Below the pieces are notes generated by a model. It was not told where the DNA came from, searched no databases, and worked only from the letters and a program-made list of their open reading frames with translations. The position numbers and the translations under genes were made by a program. DNA of 64,000 nt from Candidatus Woesearchaeota archaeon (lineage in GTDB: Archaea > Nanobdellota > Nanobdellia > SCGC-AAA011-G17 > JAGVZF01), in NCBI GenBank assembly GCA_964549185.1, contig CAZJUI010000003.1, positions 11,255 to 75,254 of the forward strand. Direction: 5' to 3'. This document shows, one piece after another, positions 20,296-30,575 of this stretch (position 1 is its first letter; the number at the start of each line of letters is the position of its first letter).

Positions 20296-21060
20296 TTAGG
20301 AAAAACCATAAATATATTTATCAATATTTAATCCATATCCATTATCCGATTCATCAGCATAAAGTTCAATAGTTATGGAATCAATATCATGGTAAGTCTG
20401 CCCCCAAATATCTTCCCTCAAGAAATCTTCTGGAGAACCTCCAAACTTAGGCAACGATTCTCTGACTAATACATCTAAAACCTTTCCATTATTATCTTTG
20501 ATAGCTACAAAATCACCTAGCACATATTCATTATAATTATCAAATATTTCTTGAGGTGTAAATTGTTTCTTTTCTTGAACAACACCACACTTTATAAATC
20601 TTAGAGAACCTAAAGGAGCTCCTCCAGATTCCTGTTTGACAATTTGAGTTTCTTTTATAGTATTTGAGTCAACTAATTCTCTTTTGTAACCTTCAGGGGC
20701 ATTTAAATCACATTTACCATAATCAACTTCTTCAAAGATAGTTGGAGTATTTGAATTTATCATTCCTTTAATTTCAAATTTTTTAAAGTGTAACTTTAAC
20801 AATGTTGCTCTTGGATGTTGTAGTGTATATGACCAAATAAGAACTTTCCCACCATTACTACTTACATAAGGATGCGGAGTTTGAATATCTACATTTACAC
20901 CTTCCCCAGCTTTATCAAGCCCACCTCCTTTATTTAAACACCCACTTATTAAAACAACAAATATCAATAAAACACTCAACAAATAATATTTTAATTTAAT
21001 CATTTTAATAAAAATTATAAGATAATAGATATATATATCTTTCGTAGACTTCAACTTCAT
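20296..21060 (-). CDS. Secreted lipoprotein, hypothetical
   Basis: Signal peptide with lipobox LISGC. The true start may be the internal Met at about 21003. Confidence 0.45.
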   Translation of the reverse strand: MKLKSTKDIYIYYLIIFIKMIKLKYYLLSVLLIFVVLISGCLNKGGGLDKAGEGVNVDIQTPHPYVSSNGGKVLIWSYTLQHPRATLLKLHFKKFEIKGMINSNTPTIFEEVDYGKCDLNAPEGYKRELVDSNTIKETQIVKQESGGAPLGSLRFIKCGVVQEKKQFTPQEIFDNYNEYVLGDFVAIKDNNGKVLDVLVRESLPKFGGSPEDFLREDIWGQTYHDIDSITIELYADESDNGYGLNIDKYIYGFS

Positions 21061-21092
21061 TCAAATTTTTAATATCCACTATTAACTTGTAA

Positions 21093-22001
21093 TCACTTAC
21101 TCTGTAAATACTTAATTATCTCCAAAGAAGCTTTTCCACCTTCACCAGCAGCAACTATTATCTGTTTCTCAGTTATATCAGTAACATCTCCTGCTGCAAA
21201 TATACCTGGAACATTGGTCTGATTTCTCTTATCAACAATAATTTCTCCCCATTTATCTTTCTCTACAATATTAATAAAAGAACTAGCTGGAACCAATCCA
21301 ATCTCAACAAATACACCATTAACTTCTAATATTCTTTCCTGCCCATTAACATCCAATTTTAAACCATTAACAAACTTATCTCCAACTATTTCCTTAGTTT
21401 TAGCATTATTAACAACTTCTACTTTACTATTGTTCAAAACTTGATCTAACATTCCTTTATCTCCCATTAATTTATCATTTAAATTTACAATATAAACCTT
21501 AGGACAATATTTTAATCCAAACAAAGCAGCATCCAAAGCACTATTTCCTCCCCCAATTACAGCAATTATCTTATCTGCAAATAAAGGAACATCACAAGTT
21601 GCACAATAACTTAATCCTTTTCCATAATATTCTTTCTCTCCAGGCACATTTAACTCTCTATGTTTTTCTCCAGTTGCAATCAATATTGTTTTTCCTTCAA
21701 AATCTCCATCATCTGTTTTTACTATAAAATTATTTTCTTTAACAACATCATTTACACTTATTCCTTGCCTTAATTCTATTTTATAATCATTCAAATGTTC
21801 TTTAAACTTCTCAACTAAATGCACTCCATCAATTAAATGAAATCCTAAGTAATTTTCAACATCAGCACTTAATAATGTTTGACCACCAACATCTTTGCTT
21901 AAAATTATAAAATTAAGTTTCTGTCTTGCTAGATATACACTTGCTGCCATTCCAGCAGGTCCAGCTCCTATTATTATGCAATCATACACCATCTTTTTCA
22001 A
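21093..22001 (-). CDS. trxB: Thioredoxin-disulfide reductase
   Basis: 302 aa. GAGPAGMAA FAD site, CATCD redox-active pair, GGGNSALDAA NAD(P) site. Confidence 0.85.
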   Translation of the reverse strand: MKKMVYDCIIIGAGPAGMAASVYLARQKLNFIILSKDVGGQTLLSADVENYLGFHLIDGVHLVEKFKEHLNDYKIELRQGISVNDVVKENNFIVKTDDGDFEGKTILIATGEKHRELNVPGEKEYYGKGLSYCATCDVPLFADKIIAVIGGGNSALDAALFGLKYCPKVYIVNLNDKLMGDKGMLDQVLNNSKVEVVNNAKTKEIVGDKFVNGLKLDVNGQERILEVNGVFVEIGLVPASSFINIVEKDKWGEIIVDKRNQTNVPGIFAAGDVTDITEKQIIVAAGEGGKASLEIIKYLQSK

Positions 22002-22023
22002 TAATAAAATAAATTAATGATAT

Positions 22024-22497
22024 TTAAAACTTATCATGTAATTTCTTTTCAATTTCTTTTCTCAAAACATTAATATGTAAATCAAAATTTAACTTAAATA
22101 TCTTCCAATCATCATGTTTCAATAACTGTCCCCTATAATTTATTGCATTTCTTTTTAATCTTATTGTTTCCAGAAAATTCCAATTTAGTTCTAATTCAGG
22201 ATGTTTAAAACATAAATAAGCATTTTTACATTGATGATTATCCGCTTCAATTCCATCAAATAATAAATATGCTTCAATTAATCCACGTAAACTTTCATAA
22301 TGATCTCGAAATACAAACGTCCAATCAGTGCTATCTTTTGGAATATCTCTTGATTTGCTATTAATGAATTCCAATCCATTTTCTGCTACAAGTTTTAAAG
22401 ATTTAATTAATTCAATATCGATAAATTTTTCCTTAATCTTTCCAGAACTCAAGCAAGTTTTATATGTTGAATTCAAATCATCAATATCAATCTTCAT
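22024..22497 (-). CDS. HEPN-domain protein, partner of the MNT
   Basis: 157 aa with R-x4-6-H-like region LKRNAINY. Shares one nt with the upstream MNT gene. Confidence 0.45.
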   Translation of the reverse strand: MKIDIDDLNSTYKTCLSSGKIKEKFIDIELIKSLKLVAENGLEFINSKSRDIPKDSTDWTFVFRDHYESLRGLIEAYLLFDGIEADNHQCKNAYLCFKHPELELNWNFLETIRLKRNAINYRGQLLKHDDWKIFKLNFDLHINVLRKEIEKKLHDKF

Positions 22498-23048
22498 TAT
22501 ATCACTCCAACAATATCTTGTATTTGCCCCTTGATTATATATCCATTAATCACGTTTTTTATTAATCCTGTTTTAACTTCTTCTATTTCATTCTTATTTT
22601 TAAAGATATGCATTTCAATATGTTTTCCAAGCATTCCTTCATATATATTTTTATCAAAATTTCCAACATCTCCATATACAAAGATATCAACATCCGAATC
22701 TTTATACCAATCTCCTTTGATGATACTTCCAAAGATTATTACAGACTTTGCATTATGTAAAGATAGTAATTCTGAAATTAAACCAATTTCATTAAGTTTT
22801 TCAAGTGCATATATTCTCTTCCATGAATAATATACTGGATTATTATTTCCTACAGTAAAATATGGAAAACTTTTTTTCTCTTTAATTCGTTTTAATAGTC
22901 CAAATTTAATATATCTCTTAAACCATTTATTTGCAACAGCTTTAGTTACTCTAGCTTCCTTTACTATTTCTGTAAAATGCCATTCTCTTAAAGGACTATT
23001 TTCTAAAATAAGTTTTAATATATTTTCTTCTTTACTAAGACTTGCCAT
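22497..23048 (-). CDS. wHTH-fused minimal nucleotidyltransferase (MNT)
   Basis: 183 aa. N-terminal wHTH plus IFGSIIKGDWYKDSDVDIFV (GS...D.D NTase motif). Confidence 0.6.
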   Translation of the reverse strand: MASLSKEENILKLILENSPLREWHFTEIVKEARVTKAVANKWFKRYIKFGLLKRIKEKKSFPYFTVGNNNPVYYSWKRIYALEKLNEIGLISELLSLHNAKSVIIFGSIIKGDWYKDSDVDIFVYGDVGNFDKNIYEGMLGKHIEMHIFKNKNEIEEVKTGLIKNVINGYIIKGQIQDIVGVI

Positions 23049-23283
23049 AAATTAGTATGTCTGAGATATACTATTTAAGCCTTTTGTTTTCATGCTAATT
23101 GCTAATTAGCACTTATTTATAAATATTTTTAAGAAAATGGAAGCAAAATTTCCTAGAGAAATTTCATATATTGAGATAAATAGATGCCTAAAATATACTA
23201 AAAATCTAATAGTATAACACCCCATCACCATTACAATTAAACAACAATATCTTTATAATTAACATATAGAAATCAATCCCGCC

Positions 23284-24279
23284 ATGAAAAAACACATCCA
23301 ATGGATCATCCCAACTTTAATTACAATCTTCATAATCTTATTAATCTTATACTTTAAACATCAACTAATAGATCAAGCCATAACTTTAAATGAAATATCT
23401 CAACCACTAAAAGAAAGTTTCTTCCTATACCTTCCAAAAATATTATTCATAATCATCTTATTCTTCATAACAAAAATCTTCATAGAATTAACATTAAAAA
23501 CAATAAAAAAAGGTTTAGAAAAGAAAGGAAGACCCCAAGATATCTTACTCTTCCAATATCCATATAAAATTATAGTCTGGTTTACAGCTATCTTAATTTC
23601 TTTTTCAATTATATACAAAAACTTCACATCTTTAATATTATCTTTAGGTTTAGTTGGTTTTGGAATAACCTTTGCCTTACAAAAGCCCATCCTAAATTTC
23701 GTAGGATGGTTAACAATAATAGCTAAACGTCCTTATTGGATTGGAGATAGAATAAAGATAGGAGAAGTAAAAGGAGATGTCTTTGATCTAAACATAATGT
23801 ACACTTCACTATCTGAATTTGGTACAGACATAGGAGATGAAAGTTCCGGTAGATCTATTACAATCCCAAATGAATATGTCTTCTCCCAAGCAGTCTATAA
23901 CTACACGAAAGGCTCTGTCTATATCTGGGATACAATTAATCTATCAATTACCTATGAATCAGACTGGAAAGAAGCTTCAGATTTGCTAGAACAAGCTACC
24001 AATAAGATAGTCGGAAGTGTAATGAAACATAACTATGAACGTTGGGTTTCAAATAAGAATAAGTTTCAAATTCTAGGCAAAGATGTAGTTGAAAAGCCAA
24101 TAATGCGTCTTAATCTTAAAGAGTCATTTATTCAGGTTAGTGCAGTTTACCTAACAGATTCAAGACAAAGAGGTTTAACAAAAACAAATATAACAAAAGA
24201 AGCTCTAGAATTAATATCAAAAGCTAAAAACGTTAGAATAGCCTATCCACATATGCATATAATTAAAGATAAAAACTAA
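23284..24279 (+). CDS. MscS-family mechanosensitive channel
   Basis: 331 aa. N-terminal TM helices and IGDRIKIGEVKGDVFDLNIMYTSL beta-domain. Confidence 0.7.
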   Translation: MKKHIQWIIPTLITIFIILLILYFKHQLIDQAITLNEISQPLKESFFLYLPKILFIIILFFITKIFIELTLKTIKKGLEKKGRPQDILLFQYPYKIIVWFTAILISFSIIYKNFTSLILSLGLVGFGITFALQKPILNFVGWLTIIAKRPYWIGDRIKIGEVKGDVFDLNIMYTSLSEFGTDIGDESSGRSITIPNEYVFSQAVYNYTKGSVYIWDTINLSITYESDWKEASDLLEQATNKIVGSVMKHNYERWVSNKNKFQILGKDVVEKPIMRLNLKESFIQVSAVYLTDSRQRGLTKTNITKEALELISKAKNVRIAYPHMHIIKDKN

Positions 24280-24318
24280 AAGATAGATTTAAATATTTTT
24301 CCTAACTTACCTAATAAA

Positions 24319-24777
24319 ATGAAAAAAATAAGAACAATAGTTGCTATAACCAGTTTAGTTTCTCTATTATCCACATCTCCTATGATGGCGATTCCAACCG
24401 ATTCTTTTCCACCAAAAACAGATAGTTACGAAAAACAAAGAAGATTGGCAATTCCAACAATTCCATATGCTGAGTTACTTATCACAGATGAATTTGATAT
24501 TGAAACCCATAAGTTATTAGTAGGAAATATAAGGGGTTATATACGTATAACGGTACCAAGAGGGTATTCATATAGCAAGATAGCAAGAGATTTAAATAGG
24601 GTATTAATTGAAGATATAACTTCAGAAGATTTATTTACTGAAAATAAAGATAGGATGGGAGATAATCCAGATTTTTTAAGAGAAAAATCTATACTATACT
24701 TTACACTCAATAAAAAAGATTTAGTTCCATCAAATTTTTATCAAGATAAGCTTTCTAGACTTTTTAACACATTTTAA
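24319..24777 (+). CDS. Secreted hypothetical protein
   Basis: 152 aa with an N-terminal signal-like segment. Confidence 0.4.
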   Translation: MKKIRTIVAITSLVSLLSTSPMMAIPTDSFPPKTDSYEKQRRLAIPTIPYAELLITDEFDIETHKLLVGNIRGYIRITVPRGYSYSKIARDLNRVLIEDITSEDLFTENKDRMGDNPDFLREKSILYFTLNKKDLVPSNFYQDKLSRLFNTF

Positions 24778-25147
24778 ACCAATTAAAAAACATCTAAAAA
24801 AATTCATTTAAGCTTCTTCTTTCTTTACTTCTCTCAACAGCTTCTTCCCAACTACACTTCATTTCTTTCATAATGTTTAGAATTTGCAACTCTTTTTTTT
24901 CCATTTTTATTATTAAAATATTAACTAGTTTATAAACACTATCAATCTAAATTATAGTTTTTATTATCTATATTTTCTATTGAGACATTACTTTAAAATT
25001 AATACTCTTTGTTTACAAAATTGTTAGAAAATAATTATTATATCTCACTAAAATTATCATAAATCTATCTATAAAATCAAAACATATAAATACAACATAT
25101 AGACTCTAAAACATATAAATAAATTAATTTAACATCTACATCAAGTA

Positions 25148-25666
25148 GTGCCTACAAAAATGTACATACGTATAAAAACAAAGAAAAACAATAAAGAAAA
25201 AATAACTAAATATGCGTACTTAGTAGAAAACAAAAGACGTTGGAAAAAACCAAAACAAAGAGTAAAAAAGTACCTAGGAAAGGTATATGAATATCCAAAC
25301 ACTCAACCAAGTTCAATTGACATCTCAAGTCTTTCTTATCAAGACAGCATAAAACAAATATTACAATCTCATTTGCTAGAAATCAATTTCAAGTTAAATG
25401 AAAATTTAATTCAAAATAAAGATCTTTCAGTAAATTTAATTGATATTAAAGTAAAAAATTCTAAGAATAAAAATGCAGTTATAAAATTAAACGACGGATT
25501 TATCTCAAATTATTCACTTAAACAAGCTTTAAATTTTAATTTACCGAATGCAACAGATAAAGAATGTGCAAAAGCATTAGCTACAATTTTAATCTCTTCC
25601 GGATTTAAATTAACCGACGATACATTCATTTCTTTGTTTAAAAAAGTCTATAAGTTTGAAGTCTAA
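25148..25666 (+). CDS. Hypothetical basic protein, first gene of the accessory region
   Basis: 172 aa with a K/R-rich N-terminus. No known motif. Confidence 0.35.
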   Translation: MPTKMYIRIKTKKNNKEKITKYAYLVENKRRWKKPKQRVKKYLGKVYEYPNTQPSSIDISSLSYQDSIKQILQSHLLEINFKLNENLIQNKDLSVNLIDIKVKNSKNKNAVIKLNDGFISNYSLKQALNFNLPNATDKECAKALATILISSGFKLTDDTFISLFKKVYKFEV

Positions 25667-25833
25667 GCAATCAATCAAGCACATAAGCACACACGCACAT
25701 CCAACGCATAAACGCACATAAAACGGCTATAAACCCAAAATATTGAACTTATAAGCAATCAATCAAGCACAAGTCCAAGCACATCCTAAGCACATCCTAA
25801 GCAATCAAGCACATAAAAGTTTAAATATATAAA
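25667..25833. repeat. C/A-rich repeat region with four copies of aagcaatca(atca)agcaca and two of aagcacatcctaagca
   Basis: Copies at 25664, 25752, 25798 and inside the next ORF at 26155. Composition is atypical for this AT-rich window. Confidence 0.6.
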
Positions 25834-26493
25834 ATGCTTAAATATATAGGGGGATGTAAAATGGCAGTGAATGATCCTAATTTTGAAGAAAACGTTAAAT
25901 TATCCTTTATTAAGATGAAAGAGCACGTAAATAGCTTAGAAATTAGAATGAAGGATTTAGAAGGAAAGATGATTAATATATTAAACCTATTTATCTCGTT
26001 TAAAGAAGATATTGAAGCTAAATTAGAACTAAAAATGGATAAAAATGGTAAAATAGACTATTTTAAAGGACTTTCCATCGGAAATGAAGGGGTCCAATCA
26101 ATCAATCAAACAATCAATCAATCACTTAATCAATCAAACAATCAATCAATCACTAAGCAATCAAGCACATTAACTGACCTGAAAGAGATCGAAAAACTAT
26201 TCAAAACTATTCCAAAACAGGAATTATTATTATATTTGACAGTATATCAATTTGAAGAAGATAAAAAAGAAGTCACATATACTAATGTTGCTGAAAAATT
26301 GAATTTAACACAATCTTGTATAAGGGCTTATGTATCCTCACTTTTGCAAAAAAAAGTACCTTTGATAAAGAAAAGGGTCAACAACAAGCTAATAATTCTC
26401 ACTATTCCACAATATTTCAAAGATTTAGGAGTTTACCCTCGCTTATTGAATCTCTATTATGGTAATGATCCTAATCAATCAAAACTTAAATAA
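25834..26493 (+). CDS. Coiled-coil / Q-N-S repeat / C-terminal wHTH protein (paralog A)
   Basis: 219 aa. NQSINQTINQSLNQSNNQSI repeat encoded by caatcaa repeats. C-terminal HTH. An alternative start at 25861 has GGGGGA upstream. Confidence 0.55.
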   Translation: MLKYIGGCKMAVNDPNFEENVKLSFIKMKEHVNSLEIRMKDLEGKMINILNLFISFKEDIEAKLELKMDKNGKIDYFKGLSIGNEGVQSINQTINQSLNQSNNQSITKQSSTLTDLKEIEKLFKTIPKQELLLYLTVYQFEEDKKEVTYTNVAEKLNLTQSCIRAYVSSLLQKKVPLIKKRVNNKLIILTIPQYFKDLGVYPRLLNLYYGNDPNQSKLK

Positions 26494-26656
26494 CTCTCAC
26501 TTTTATTTTTAGCATACGTATAACTTAAATATTTTATTAATTAAATACGTATAAATCTATCTGCTCTCTCTTATTTCTCTTTATTCTTCCAATAACATCA
26601 CTCCCTTCTATAAATATCGACGATATTTAATACGTATAACTTAATAATTTCTCTCA

Positions 26657-27346
26657 CTATTTCTTCTTCTTATTCTTCTTTTCTATAGAATCAGATCTAA
26701 TCTCACTCATAATCTTGCTTTTTATTTCATCTTCAATATAATATCTTTTATTACCATTTTTCTCTACAATCTCACTCACTAAATTATCACTCTTTCTTTT
26801 TATATTATTTAATTGTCCTCTTATTGTACTCTTATCTTTTCCTAAAGTTACAGCTAGATCTTCATAACTTAATTTCAAATCAGTATTTAACAAAATCCAT
26901 ATAACTGCTCTCTCCATTACAGTCAATCTTTTTAAAATAAAACCTAATTCTTCACTACTATAATCCATAACATTTTCTTTAGCTGTTTGGACACGTGTTT
27001 GGACAGCTGTTTGGACACCAACAGATGTTTGTTTTAAACGCACAGCTGTTTGAGGCTGTTTGGACAGCTGTTTGAATAACTGATTATTAACAAAAACTTG
27101 CTTATCCTCAAGCTCTTTTATAGCATTTTCAATAGCAATCAATCTAGATTCAACATCAATTATCTTATCTTTATGTTTATTCAATCTAGATTTATGTTTT
27201 CTTCTATGACCTTCAAGATGATTTATCCATTCATTCATAGATTTAATATCTTTTTTTATATTCGAGAAAGACATATTTAACTTAGAATTTATTTTTCTAA
27301 GATCAACTTTTTCATCCTCTCTTTTAAACATATCAAAAAAACCCAT
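26657..27346 (-). CDS. Coiled-coil / QTAV repeat / C-terminal wHTH protein (paralog B, inverted orientation)
   Basis: 229 aa. Same architecture as paralog A. The repeat QTSVGVQTAVQTRVQTA is encoded by gctgtttggaca units. Confidence 0.55.
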   Translation of the reverse strand: MGFFDMFKREDEKVDLRKINSKLNMSFSNIKKDIKSMNEWINHLEGHRRKHKSRLNKHKDKIIDVESRLIAIENAIKELEDKQVFVNNQLFKQLSKQPQTAVRLKQTSVGVQTAVQTRVQTAKENVMDYSSEELGFILKRLTVMERAVIWILLNTDLKLSYEDLAVTLGKDKSTIRGQLNNIKRKSDNLVSEIVEKNGNKRYYIEDEIKSKIMSEIRSDSIEKKNKKKK

Positions 27347-27653
27347 AACAAACTAAAAATCTAACTTCTTATTAAACCTTTCTCTAATCTGATTAGAGAT
27401 ATAATATTACAAAATATATTTTGCTATCACTTCTCACATTTCACGAATTTCACATATGCACATAAGGTTTATAAATTAATCTTTACATCAAATTAACAAG
27501 GTCATTAGACTATATGTTTAATGACGGGGTTATCGGCTTAAACCTTAAAATCTCTGCTATGCAAGAGATAAGTCCCATAAAACTTTTGTAAAGTTAAAGA
27601 TTCGGACAAGGCCCATGCAAATATTTAAATAAAAAAAGGTTTTTTGCAAGAAT

Positions 27654-28094
27654 ATGAAGATACTAATAACCATATTCTTGTTTTTTTTACTTCTAATTGC
27701 CAGCTGTTCAAACACAAACAAGGTAATAATTACAAACAACCAACAAAAAGACATAGAAATACAAGTAAACTTAGCAAAAACACCCCAGCAAAAACAACAA
27801 GGTTTAATGAATGTTTCAAATTTATCTCAAAATCAAGGCATGCTCTTCTTGTTTGATAATGAAGATTATTATAACTTCTGGATGAAAGATACATTAATTC
27901 CTTTAGATATAATATTTATTAATAAAGATCTAAGAATAGTAGATATAATTCAAGCAGTTCCTTGCAAAAAAGATCCATGCAAAGTTTACACTCCAAAGAA
28001 TAAAGCAAAATATATTTTAGAAGTTAACAAAGATTTTACAAAAAAGAATAATATACTAATAAATAACAGCTTAAAACCTTTAATCAATTCTTAA
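27654..28094 (+). CDS. Secreted DUF192-family protein
   Basis: 146 aa. Signal peptide and GLMNVSNLSQNQGMLFLFDNEDYYNFWMKDTLIPLDIIF signature. Confidence 0.6.
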   Translation: MKILITIFLFFLLLIASCSNTNKVIITNNQQKDIEIQVNLAKTPQQKQQGLMNVSNLSQNQGMLFLFDNEDYYNFWMKDTLIPLDIIFINKDLRIVDIIQAVPCKKDPCKVYTPKNKAKYILEVNKDFTKKNNILINNSLKPLINS

Positions 28095-28143
28095 AATATA
28101 AATAATAGTAAACTTTAAGAATTTTTCCTTATAAGATAAGATA

Positions 28144-28731
28144 ATGGAAGTAGAAATAAAATATACCCCATTTAATACAATGCTCATTCAAGCCATTTCA
28201 GATTATCCAAATGAAACATTAGCTGAACTATATGGTCTTAAATCAAATTCAACAGCCCCTGAAAAATTTTCTATAGATTACATTGTAAGGATAAGGCCTA
28301 AAGAGCAAGATCAGGAAAGTATCACAGCGGATAGTAAAAGTCAAAAAAGAGTAGATAGAAATTTAAGAAAGATAGTAACATCAAAACTTATAGGAGATTT
28401 TCATACACATATTTTGGATGATGAAGAAATGCAACAAAAACCTAGAAATATAACAAACCTAATCGAAATATTAGATGAGAAAGCGACATTAAGTAAAAAA
28501 GATAAGAGAAGTATGGAAAAGAATAGGAATTATACATATCTTGTTTTGGTTATAGCTCCAAGGTATTTAAATCTTAGAAGATGGAGAGTAACAAAACAAG
28601 GAGATCTCTTAGGAGCAACAATAGATTATAATTATTATCTTAAAGCTTATTATTATGAAAGAAGATTAAAGGATTTTGCAAGAGCAAGAATAGATTGTAG
28701 ATTTGCAACAGGTTTATTAAATGATTCTTAG
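28144..28731 (+). CDS. Hypothetical protein, possibly a degenerate JAB/MPN-like domain
   Basis: 195 aa with LIGDFHTHI (HxH) after an upstream Glu. Flanked by 36-bp direct repeats. Confidence 0.3.
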   Translation: MEVEIKYTPFNTMLIQAISDYPNETLAELYGLKSNSTAPEKFSIDYIVRIRPKEQDQESITADSKSQKRVDRNLRKIVTSKLIGDFHTHILDDEEMQQKPRNITNLIEILDEKATLSKKDKRSMEKNRNYTYLVLVIAPRYLNLRRWRVTKQGDLLGATIDYNYYLKAYYYERRLKDFARARIDCRFATGLLNDS

Positions 28732-28860
28732 CTGTTTAAAACTTTTAATCAATTATTAAAATATAAATATGATAATTGACTACGTATAATGCTAACTACA
28801 CGCCCTATTTAGGAACTTTTATATACTTTTGATTTATACGAACAATAAAAAGAGGATAAA

Positions 28861-29697
28861 ATGCTAAATCAACTAGAAACAGAGCTTAAGTTACGTGGTT
28901 TTTCAAAACAAACAGTAAAAACTTATTCTTTGCAAAATCAATTATTCTTAAATCATGTAAAGAAAGATATTAATGAAGTTAACGAACAAGACATTAAAGA
29001 TTACTTTGCTAGTTTAATGGATAAAAACTTTTCAGCAAAGACCATCTCTTTGAAGCGTGCAGCTCTAAAATTCATGTATGATGAAATATTAAAAAAATCA
29101 ATTGTTAATATAAAAACTCCAAAAATAGCTAGGAAATTACCTGAAATACTCACAAGAGATGAAGTTAAATCATTAATTGAAAATGCAAAATCTGAAAAAT
29201 CTAAATTATTAATAGAATTACTTTATTCATCTGGAATAAGAGTATCAGAATGTGTTAATCTAAAACTTACCGATCTTAATCTCCAAGAAAAAACAGGATG
29301 GGTTAGGGCAGGAAAAGGAAATAAAGATAGATTATTGATCTTATCAGATTCTTTTATTACTCGATTGAATAGTTACATGCCTAGATTTAACACTAATAAT
29401 CCTTATTTGTTTCAAACAACTAAAGATCATATATCTGTAAGAAACGTTCAAAAGATAATACAAAGAGCAGCTAGAAAGGCTAAGATTAATAAAAGGGTAT
29501 CACCACATACGTTGAGGCACTCGATGGCCACTCATTTACTTGATCAGGGAACGAATATAAGACTAATTCAGGAACTGCTTGGGCACGCTTCGCTAAATAC
29601 TACAGAAAGATATACCCATATTTCTTCGGAACAAATAAGAAAAATAAAAAGTCCTATGGATAGTTTAAATGAGAATAAAGAAATTATTGATAAATAA
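28861..29697 (+). CDS. xerA: Tyrosine recombinase (XerA/XerCD-like integrase)
   Basis: 278 aa. Catalytic motifs R...HTLRHSMATHLL...GH...TERYTHI (R-H-R-Y). Confidence 0.8.
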   Translation: MLNQLETELKLRGFSKQTVKTYSLQNQLFLNHVKKDINEVNEQDIKDYFASLMDKNFSAKTISLKRAALKFMYDEILKKSIVNIKTPKIARKLPEILTRDEVKSLIENAKSEKSKLLIELLYSSGIRVSECVNLKLTDLNLQEKTGWVRAGKGNKDRLLILSDSFITRLNSYMPRFNTNNPYLFQTTKDHISVRNVQKIIQRAARKAKINKRVSPHTLRHSMATHLLDQGTNIRLIQELLGHASLNTTERYTHISSEQIRKIKSPMDSLNENKEIIDK

Positions 29698-29738
29698 AAT
29701 AAAAAGCTTTATATATTTTTCGTTACTATATAATAGAT

Positions 29739-30161
29739 ATGGAAAATTTAGAAAGACCAAAAGATAATCTTTCATTAGAAGAAATAATAAATCTATTAGG
29801 AAAGGTAAAAAGTTGGAGTGAAAACAGAGAAATATATTGCAACTGGAAATGGCCACCTACTGCAAGAAAAAAACACCCTTTCTCAGGCGGTTATGATAAA
29901 TTTATAATTAATATTAGCGAAATAGGCGATATTGGTGCTACAGCATACGAGATATCAGTTATGTTAGAGAAAGAAGGAGAAATGGTAGAAGTTGCTTATC
30001 ATGCCACACGAAAAAGTTATTCATCTACTCCACCTTATAGCCCAAACCAAGAAACTTTTGAAAAATTGTCTAAAATTCATTCATCAATTAAAGCAAAACG
30101 AAACCAAGAAGGTCTTAACAAGAGAATGAGATATGTAGAAATGGCAAGGGAATTAATGTAA
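29739..30161 (+). CDS. Hypothetical protein
   Basis: 140 aa ORF. Confidence 0.35.
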   Translation: MENLERPKDNLSLEEIINLLGKVKSWSENREIYCNWKWPPTARKKHPFSGGYDKFIINISEIGDIGATAYEISVMLEKEGEMVEVAYHATRKSYSSTPPYSPNQETFEKLSKIHSSIKAKRNQEGLNKRMRYVEMARELM

Positions 30162-30173
30162 GAGTATTAATAT

Positions 30174-30575
30174 CTATCTTACATCATAACTTAAAGAATT
30201 AACTTCATGTAATCTGTTAATGAAATTATCAGAACTCTTATTTCTCTTGAAATCTCTTGCTTTATCTCTTATTCTAGAAAGAATAGCTAATAACTTTTCT
30301 TCACTTTCTCCTTCTTCTTTTTCTTCAAAAAACACATTTCCATAATTTCCAAAAGGATCATCTCCAACAATTCCATGTCTTGTTTTAGCCTCTTTTTTAA
30401 TCTCTCTCATAACATTATAAGCAAATATTCTTATATCATCTGTTAATCTTATTGTTTTATTTATATTCCTTACATCTTCATTTTCAGAATATTTAATAAA
30501 AAGGTTAAGTTCATCTTTTCTAGAATCAAATCTTAACACACCAACACTTTTTAGCTTGATATTAATGCTTTTCAT
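30174..30575 (-). CDS. Hypothetical protein
   Basis: 133 aa ORF. Confidence 0.35.
   Translation of the reverse strand: MKSINIKLKSVGVLRFDSRKDELNLFIKYSENEDVRNINKTIRLTDDIRIFAYNVMREIKKEAKTRHGIVGDDPFGNYGNVFFEEKEEGESEEKLLAILSRIRDKARDFKRNKSSDNFINRLHEVNSLSYDVR

Noticed and set aside
25667-26160. caatcaa / aagcaatcaagcaca repeats as a CRISPR array
   Set aside because: Units are 7-20 nt and irregularly spaced, one copy lies inside a coding sequence, and there are no spacer-like unique segments or nearby cas genes.
28861-29697. Assigning the tyrosine recombinase definitively as an element integrase rather than chromosomal XerA
   Set aside because: Its size and motifs fit archaeal XerA equally well and no dif or att site could be identified by eye; left open.
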